Below are positions 1 to 5,621 of a DNA stretch of 20,000 bases, piece after piece. The stretch is from an uncultured virus (IMG/VR IMGVR_UViG_2675903599_000007). Taxonomy: Duplodnaviria > Heunggongvirae > Uroviricota > Caudoviricetes. Under the pieces are notes generated by a model. It saw only the letters and a program-made list of their open reading frames with translations, was not told the origin of the DNA and searched no databases. Location: IMG/VR virus record IMGVR_UViG_2675903599_000007, one strand, 5' to 3'. Position 1 is the first letter of the stretch. Each line of letters opens with the position of its first letter. The translations under genes and the position numbers were made by a program.

Positions 1-149
1 ATTTATCGCTTAAGGATGTGTCGACAGTGGGCGGTGTGTTGATTGGCGTGCTGATGCTGGCCATCAACTGGTACTACAAACACAAAACCTACCAGCTGCT
101 GCGCGGCGGAAAAATTACACGGGGGGAATATGAATCCTTCAACCGTTAA
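1..149 (+). CDS. Phage holin (HP1/186-type), 5'-truncated by the window edge
   Basis: Not in the ORF track. The frame from position 3 reads LSLKDVSTVGGVLIGVLMLAINWYYKHKTYQLLRGGKITRGEYESFNR* (TAA 147-149): a TM helix, an NWYYK motif and a charged tail. It overlaps the endolysin start. Confidence 0.85.
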   Translation, partial: LSLKDVSTVGGVLIGVLMLAINWYYKHKTYQLLRGGKITRGEYESFNR

Positions 150-639
150 ACGCTGCCTGGTAGGGGCGGTGCTGGCGATTGCCGCCACCCTGCCGGGCTT
201 TCAGCAACTTCATACCTCAATGGAAGGGTTGAAGCTGATAGCCGATTACGAGGGCTGCCGCCTGCAGCCGTATCAGTGTGATGCGGGGGTGTGGACCGAT
301 GGCATTGGCAATACGTCCGGCGTGGTGCCGGGGAAGACCATCACGGAACGGCAGGCCGCCGGGAGTTTCATCACCAACGTTTTAAGGGTGGAGAAGGCGC
401 TGGATCGCTGTGTCCTGGTGAGCGTACCGCAGAACGTCTATGACGCGCTGGTATCGCTGGCCTTCAACGTGGGAACCGGCAATGCCTGCGGTTCAACCAT
501 GGTGAAGTTTATCAATCAGAAGCGCTGGCGCGAGGCCTGCTATCAGTTGCCACGCTGGGTATACGTCAAAGGCGTATTTAATCCGGGACTGGACAACCGC
601 CGCGCGCGGGAGCTGTCCTGGTGCTTAAAAGGAGCGTAA
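130..639 (+). CDS. GH24 phage lysozyme, probable SAR endolysin
   Basis: E-X8-C-X5-T triad (EGCRLQPYQCDAGVWT), DALVSLAFNVG and GLDNRRARE motifs. The N-terminal segment is weakly hydrophobic and Ala/Gly-rich. Confidence 0.93.
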   Translation: MNPSTVKRCLVGAVLAIAATLPGFQQLHTSMEGLKLIADYEGCRLQPYQCDAGVWTDGIGNTSGVVPGKTITERQAAGSFITNVLRVEKALDRCVLVSVPQNVYDALVSLAFNVGTGNACGSTMVKFINQKRWREACYQLPRWVYVKGVFNPGLDNRRARELSWCLKGA

Positions 640-643
640 CGAA

Positions 644-1027
644 ATGAAAAAGAAACTGATCGGTGGGTTATTTTCGGTGCTGTACACGGCTCTGATGATT
701 TTTAGTCTCTTTGTTCCAAACAATATTGTTCCGGCACTGGTTACAGCCTTGACCTGGATAGCCTGCCTGCTGAGCTGGGGAGCGGTGCTACTATGCCTGG
801 CTGGATGGTATGCGGGCGGCACTCATCGGCGGGAGGCAAAGCAGGCGCTGACGCGCTTTTTCAGCACGCCAGGAAACCAGGTGATCCGATGGGCCAGGTG
901 TTCACTACTTGTGATTTTTCTCCCCTTTACGGGCCACGTTGTCACCCTGGTATTTTATCTGCTGACGCTGGCCGCGCTTAAGGTTCTGCGTGCGCAGATT
1001 ATTGATGCGGAGCCGGTGACGGTATGA
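644..1027 (+). CDS. Multi-pass membrane protein in the lysis cassette (P2 lysA position)
   Basis: 127 aa with 3-4 hydrophobic stretches. AAGGAG RBS upstream, ATGA coupling to lysB, located between endolysin and spanins. Confidence 0.75.
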   Translation: MKKKLIGGLFSVLYTALMIFSLFVPNNIVPALVTALTWIACLLSWGAVLLCLAGWYAGGTHRREAKQALTRFFSTPGNQVIRWARCSLLVIFLPFTGHVVTLVFYLLTLAALKVLRAQIIDAEPVTV

Positions 1028-1452
1028 CGAAGGCGCTGGCGGTAATTCTGGCGCTGGTAGTGCTGGCGCTTGGCTGGCAGTCATGGCGGATGAAGGAGGC
1101 CAGCCAGACCATCGAGCGGCAAGGGCGGGATCTGAAAACGACAGGCGAAAAACTGGCAAAGACGAACAGCCAGCTGATCGCCCTGTCCATCTTGTCCGAA
1201 ACCAATAACCGGGAACAGGCAAGGCTTTACGCGGTGGCAGAAAGTACAAACGCGCTGCTGCGAAGCCGTCAGCGCAGAATTGAGGAGTTAAAACGTGAAA
1301 ATGAGGATTTACGCCGCTGGGCTGACACTCTTCTGCCTGCTGACGTTATCAGGATGCGCGAACGTCCAGCCCTCGCCGGAGGTGCTGCTTACCGTGAATG
1401 GTTGTCCCAGAGTGACGCAGTGCCGCCTGGAAAAGTCGGTGGCACGCACTAA
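1024..1452 (+). CDS. lysB: LysB-family i-spanin (Rz-like)
   Basis: N-terminal TM anchor, then a coiled-coil region and the LRRWADTLLPADVIRM motif typical of P2 LysB. Confidence 0.9.
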   Translation: MTKALAVILALVVLALGWQSWRMKEASQTIERQGRDLKTTGEKLAKTNSQLIALSILSETNNREQARLYAVAESTNALLRSRQRRIEELKRENEDLRRWADTLLPADVIRMRERPALAGGAAYREWLSQSDAVPPGKVGGTH

Positions 1453-1585
1453 CGGCGATCTGCTGACCGCGCTGGATGAAGCGGAGGCGGCCTGGGCGGT
1501 CTGCGCCGATAAAGTGGACACGATAATTTCCTGTCAGGAGCGAAACAGTGAACAAGCCTCAATCCTTACGCCGCGCCCTGAATAA
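1295..1585 (+). CDS. lysC: LysC o-spanin lipoprotein (Rz1-like)
   Basis: GTG start 7 nt after GAGGAG. Lipobox LTLSGC and CPRVTQC...WAVCADKVDTIISCQ motifs. Overlaps lysB and R as in P2. Confidence 0.9.
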   Translation: MKMRIYAAGLTLFCLLTLSGCANVQPSPEVLLTVNGCPRVTQCRLEKSVARTNGDLLTALDEAEAAWAVCADKVDTIISCQERNSEQASILTPRPE

Positions 1586-1979
1586 CGCGGTGCCATATGT
1601 CCGTGATAACCCGGATAAGCTGCATTTGTTCGTTGATAACGGATCGGTGGTGGCAACCGGGGCAGCGTCACTTTCATGGGAATATCGTTACACCCTGAAT
1701 GTGGTGATTGTGGATTTCAGCGGCGATCAGGGGTTATTGATGGCGCCGGTGGTGGCCTGGCTCATGGAGAATCAGCCGGATGCCATTCATAACCCGGAGC
1801 TGCGGGAAAAGTTGCTTTCCTTTGAAGTCGATATTTTGCGCAATGATATCTGTGATATCAGCCTGAACCTGCAACTGACAGAGCGTGTGATAGTCAGCGC
1901 TGACGGTGACGTGTCCAGCGTCGAAGCAGTGCCGGAACCGGACGAACCGGACGAAATGTGGGCGGTGAGCCGTGGCTGA
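1548..1979 (+). CDS. R: Tail completion protein, P2 gpR-like
   Basis: MNKPQSLRRAL...NPDKLHLFVDNG...LQLTERV signature and synteny. Confidence 0.92.
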   Translation: MNKPQSLRRALNNAVPYVRDNPDKLHLFVDNGSVVATGAASLSWEYRYTLNVVIVDFSGDQGLLMAPVVAWLMENQPDAIHNPELREKLLSFEVDILRNDICDISLNLQLTERVIVSADGDVSSVEAVPEPDEPDEMWAVSRG

Positions 1980-2418
1980 TCTGCAGGAAGTTGACGCCTG
2001 GTTAGATGCGCTCTTGGCGGGTCTGGAGCCTGCCGCACGTAAGCGCATGATGCGGGAGCTGGCGCAGCAGCTGCGCCTCAACCAGCAGAAAAATATCAGG
2101 ATGCAGCGCAACCCGGACGGGACGGCTTACGAGCCGCGTCGCGTGACGGCCAGAACGAAACAGGGCCGCATCCGTCGGCAGATGTTTGCAAAACTCCGCA
2201 CAACAAAATACCTGAAAGCCGTCGCCAGCCAGGACTCGGCAAGCGTCGAGTTTGAGAGCCGTGTGCAGCGCATAGCCCGTGTGCATCACTATGGCTTGCG
2301 TGATCGGGTCAGCCGTAAAGGCCCTGTGATTACTTATCCGCATCGACGATTACTAGGAGCTAATCATCATGTCATTGAGTTAATTCACAATAGTTTATAT
2401 AGATGGTTGTTTAATTAA
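1972..2418 (+). CDS. S: Tail completion / virion morphogenesis protein, P2 gpS-like
   Basis: QRNPDGTAYEPR, RIARVHHYGLRDRV and YPHRRLLG motifs; synteny after R. Confidence 0.92.
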   Translation: MADLQEVDAWLDALLAGLEPAARKRMMRELAQQLRLNQQKNIRMQRNPDGTAYEPRRVTARTKQGRIRRQMFAKLRTTKYLKAVASQDSASVEFESRVQRIARVHHYGLRDRVSRKGPVITYPHRRLLGANHHVIELIHNSLYRWLFN

Positions 2419-3107
2419 TTTTCATTTTTAAATTTACTTTTTGTTTGTGCTGCTATAGCCTCTGTTAGCCCTGCAATTAATTTTTCTTGTGGAGGATGCG
2501 GGGTTTTATCAAAGCTGATATTGTGATTCCTTAAGGCATCTAGAGTAGACGAGAATTTTGATATATCTCCCCGAGATAGCATATATGCTATCTTTTGGTT
2601 CTCATAATCATTGCTAAGTTGCATGTAATATTTGGTAAAAATAACAAATATGCGTGTTACATATCCTATAAATAAAAGAACGGAAAAGCTAATTAATATA
2701 GAGGCTATTGAATCGGCTATTTTTTCTGACTTGTCTTTTTTGAGGTAAATTAAATCATCAGGTTGTAACTTGAATCTATCATTTCTAGCGGTGTTGGCAT
2801 CGCTAACGCTATTATTTTTGTCATGTAGGTTTTGTGTTTTTGTATTGAAAAAGGCCTCTAAGGCTTTTGTGTAGTTATTTAGAATAGTGGTTGCTTGATA
2901 TAGTTCATTATTTCCATCAATCATGCTTGATATGAAATTTGTTATTGGGTTGTTGTTTTTTGATTTGATTGCGAAGATTCCGGTTAATACTAGGGCAGTG
3001 GCCAACAAAAGAATGTATATAAAAGTGATTGTTATTCTTCTTGTGCTAATACTTCTTGTGTTTAACTCTTTTAAAGTTTCTAAATAAATTTTTTGTTCTT
3101 CGTCCAT
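2415..3107 (-). CDS. AT-rich accessory (moron) membrane protein of unknown function, ~230 aa, two TM helices
   Basis: Long ORF opposite to the late operon in a visibly AT-rich island. The likely start is MDEEQK at 3107, after a purine-rich AGAGAGAAAG (the ORF track extends it to 3155). TM segments are ITITFIYILLLATALVLTGIFAI and IASILISFSVLLFIGYVTRIFVIF. Confidence 0.8.
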   Translation of the reverse strand: MDEEQKIYLETLKELNTRSISTRRITITFIYILLLATALVLTGIFAIKSKNNNPITNFISSMIDGNNELYQATTILNNYTKALEAFFNTKTQNLHDKNNSVSDANTARNDRFKLQPDDLIYLKKDKSEKIADSIASILISFSVLLFIGYVTRIFVIFTKYYMQLSNDYENQKIAYMLSRGDISKFSSTLDALRNHNISFDKTPHPPQEKLIAGLTEAIAAQTKSKFKNEN

Positions 3108-3134
3108 ATCTTTCTCTCTTGCTGTACCAGAAGT

Positions 3135-3202
3135 ATTGTACTGTTGTTCATACAATCTACCTGAACTATCTAAAAAGTCGACAAACAGTCATCCTGATTG
3201 GA
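3135..3202 (+). promoter_or_regulatory. P2-type late promoter pV with Ogr binding site
   Basis: TGT-N12-ACA (3137-3154) sits inside the ATTGTA...TACAAT inverted repeat, centred ~56 bp upstream of the V ATG. A -10-like CATCCT lies at 3190-3195. Confidence 0.8.
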
Positions 3203-3774
3203 TGAATACTCAACTAACCGAAATCATGCGCCTTATCACTAATCTGATCCGCACCGGCATTGTGACCGAAGTGGACCGGGACAGCTGGCTGTGCCGGGTG
3301 AAAACGGGCGACCTCGAAACCAACTGGATTAACTGGCTGACCTACCGTGCAGGTAAATCCCGCACCTGGTGGTGCCCGTCTCCAGGGGAGCAGGTGGTGC
3401 TGTTCAGCCTGGGCGGCAATCTGGAGACAGCCTTTGCGCTTCCGGCCATCTACTCCAACGCCTGCCCGCCGCCGTCAGACTCTGAAAGTGCGGACGTGAC
3501 CGCATACGAGGATGGCGGCTGGTTCGAATACGACCCCGCCACCGGGCGCTGGATTATTCGCGGCGTGAAAAGCGTGCTGATTGAGTCTTCGCAGGTTGTC
3601 TCCTGCAAAACCGGTGAGTTTGTGATCGAGGCTGACACCACCCGTATTAACAGCAATGTGATCCTGAATGGCGATGTGACCCACGGCGGCGGCGCGATGA
3701 CGTCAAACGGCGTCGTTGCTGATAAGCATAAACACCCTGGCGACAGTGGCGGAACGACAGGAGACCCATTTTGA
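3202..3774 (+). CDS. V: Baseplate central spike protein, P2 gpV-like
   Basis: Start MNTQLTEIMRLITNLIRTG at 3202. WWCPSPGEQVV motif and C-terminal iron-binding HKH motif (HKHPGDSGGTT). Confidence 0.94.
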   Translation: MNTQLTEIMRLITNLIRTGIVTEVDRDSWLCRVKTGDLETNWINWLTYRAGKSRTWWCPSPGEQVVLFSLGGNLETAFALPAIYSNACPPPSDSESADVTAYEDGGWFEYDPATGRWIIRGVKSVLIESSQVVSCKTGEFVIEADTTRINSNVILNGDVTHGGGAMTSNGVVADKHKHPGDSGGTTGDPF

Positions 3775-4133
3775 CGCTCTATATCGGGATGAGCCGCGAT
3801 ACCGGCAGAGCTATTACGGAATCTGACCACCTGCGTCAGTCGGTGCGTGACATTTTGCTGACCCCGCAAGGGAGCCGGCTTGCGCGCCGGGAGTATGGTT
3901 CCCTGCTTTCAGCGCTCATTGACCAGCCGCAAAACCCGGCGCTGCGCCTGCAAATCATGGCTGCGGTGTATGTGGCGCTGCGGCGCTGGGAGCCGCGGCT
4001 GCAACTGGACACCATCACGGTTAACAGCAGCAACATGGATGGCGCAATGGTTATTGAGCTGGCAGGCCAGCGTAATGACGGCGTGCCCGTGTCCCTTTCC
4101 GTATCGACAGGAGCAGACAATGGCCGTTATTGA
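3771..4133 (+). CDS. W: Baseplate protein gpW (GPW/gp25 family)
   Basis: HLRQSVRDILLTPQGSRLARREYGS and WEPR motifs; TTG start overlapping the V stop. Confidence 0.93.
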   Translation: MTLYIGMSRDTGRAITESDHLRQSVRDILLTPQGSRLARREYGSLLSALIDQPQNPALRLQIMAAVYVALRRWEPRLQLDTITVNSSNMDGAMVIELAGQRNDGVPVSLSVSTGADNGRY

Positions 4134-5028
4134 CCTTTCCCAGCTGCCGCCGCCGCAAATTGTGGATGTGCCGGATTTTGAAACCCTGCTGACTGAGCGC
4201 AAGGCTGAATTTGTCGCGTTATTTCCGGCAGAAGAACAGGAGGCCGTGGCCCGCACCTTAACGCTTGAGTCTGAGCCGGTGGTGAAAATGCTGCAGGAAA
4301 ATGTGTACCGGGAGTTGCTGCTGCGCCAGAGGATTAACGAGGCAGCGAGAGCCGTGATGGTGGCCTATTCCGGCGGGGATGACCTGGACAATTTAGGCGC
4401 AAATAACAACGTACAGCGCCGGGTGATTACAGCTGCAGATGACACCACAACACCACCCACGGAGGCGGTAATGGAATCTGACGCGGATTATCGCCAGCGC
4501 ATTCCTGCTGCATTTGAGGGGATGAGCGTTGCCGGACCAGTCGGAGCCTATGAATATCACGCGCTTAGCTCGGATGGTCGGGTGGCGGATGCGTCAGCGT
4601 TCAGCCCGTCACCGGCAGAAGTCGTGGTGACTATTCTGGCCCGCGACGGCGATGGTACTGCGCCTGAAGACTTACTGCAGGTCGTCGGTGAGGCCCTGAA
4701 TGATGAGGCTGTGCGGCCAGTGGCGGATCGGGTGAGCGTCCGATCTGCTGAGATTGTCCCCTATGAAATTGATGCGGTTCTTTATGTCTACCCCGGCCCG
4801 GCTAAGGAACCCATCCTGGCGGCAGCGAAAGCGCAGGGCACGGCATACATCAACGAGCAGCGTCGCCTGGGGCGTGATGTGCGGTTGTCCGCGATCTATG
4901 CCGCGCTGCATGTTCAGGGTGTCCAGCGCGTCGAACTGATAAAGCCACTGACGGACATGGTGCTAGATAAAACGCAGGCGTCATATTGCACCGATTTTAA
5001 AGCAGAAATTGGTGGCTCTGATGACTAG
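4120..5028 (+). CDS. J: Baseplate assembly protein gpJ
   Basis: True start MAVIDLSQLPPP at 4120 after AGGAG. MESDADYRQR, SVAGPVGAYEYHA and VRPVADRV motifs. Confidence 0.95.
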   Translation: MAVIDLSQLPPPQIVDVPDFETLLTERKAEFVALFPAEEQEAVARTLTLESEPVVKMLQENVYRELLLRQRINEAARAVMVAYSGGDDLDNLGANNNVQRRVITAADDTTTPPTEAVMESDADYRQRIPAAFEGMSVAGPVGAYEYHALSSDGRVADASAFSPSPAEVVVTILARDGDGTAPEDLLQVVGEALNDEAVRPVADRVSVRSAEIVPYEIDAVLYVYPGPAKEPILAAAKAQGTAYINEQRRLGRDVRLSAIYAALHVQGVQRVELIKPLTDMVLDKTQASYCTDFKAEIGGSDD

Positions 5029-5620
5029 CAGCCTGTTGCCGCCGGGGTCGTCTGCGCTGGAGCGCAGGCTGGCGCAAGCCTGTTCAGGTATCAGTGATTT
5101 AAACGTGCCGCTGCGTGACCTGTGGAACCCGTGGAAATGCCCGGCAAAGTTTCTGCCGTACCTGGCCTGGGCTTTCTCCGTTGATCGATGGGAGGAAACC
5201 TGGACAGAAACCGCTAAGCGGCAGGCAGTAAGTGATGCGTTCTGGATCCATCAGCGAAAAGGAACGGTGGCGGCAGTTAAGCGGGTGATCGAGGGGCTGG
5301 GGTATTCGATGACCATTGAGGAATGGTGGGAGGTGGCCGACCCCGCCGGGACGTTTCGGCTTGAGATCGATCTGAATGAAATCGGCATCACTGAGCCGAT
5401 GATTTATGAGCTTGAGAGGATTATAGGTGATGCCAAACCGGCGAGCAGACACATCTCTCAGATGACATTGTCTACTACCTCTCGCGGTATTGCGCATCTT
5501 GGTGCTGCCGCAATTATTGGCGACGAAGTAAGTGTTTATCCGCAGCAATATAAGCCGGGCAACGATATTTTTTACGATGGCCTGATTTTCCATGACGGCA
5601 ATTATCAGTATGAGGAATGA
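5021..5620 (+). CDS. I: Baseplate/tail protein gpI with a C-terminal extension
   Basis: MTSSLLPPGSSALER, LRDLWNPWKCP, LPYLAWAFSVDRW, HQRKGT and AKPASRH motifs. Confidence 0.93.
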   Translation: MTSSLLPPGSSALERRLAQACSGISDLNVPLRDLWNPWKCPAKFLPYLAWAFSVDRWEETWTETAKRQAVSDAFWIHQRKGTVAAVKRVIEGLGYSMTIEEWWEVADPAGTFRLEIDLNEIGITEPMIYELERIIGDAKPASRHISQMTLSTTSRGIAHLGAAAIIGDEVSVYPQQYKPGNDIFYDGLIFHDGNYQYEE

Positions 5621-5621
5621 T

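Noticed and set aside
1932..1956. Short tandem repeat GAACCGGAC
   Set aside because: It encodes the PEPDEPDE tail of gpR; only two copies.
3136..3201. Upstream TTG start for V
   Set aside because: It falls inside the Ogr box and promoter; the conserved start is 3202.
3880..4119. N-terminal extension of the J ORF (382 aa in the track)
   Set aside because: It overlaps W in another frame; the conserved J start with a good RBS is at 4120.
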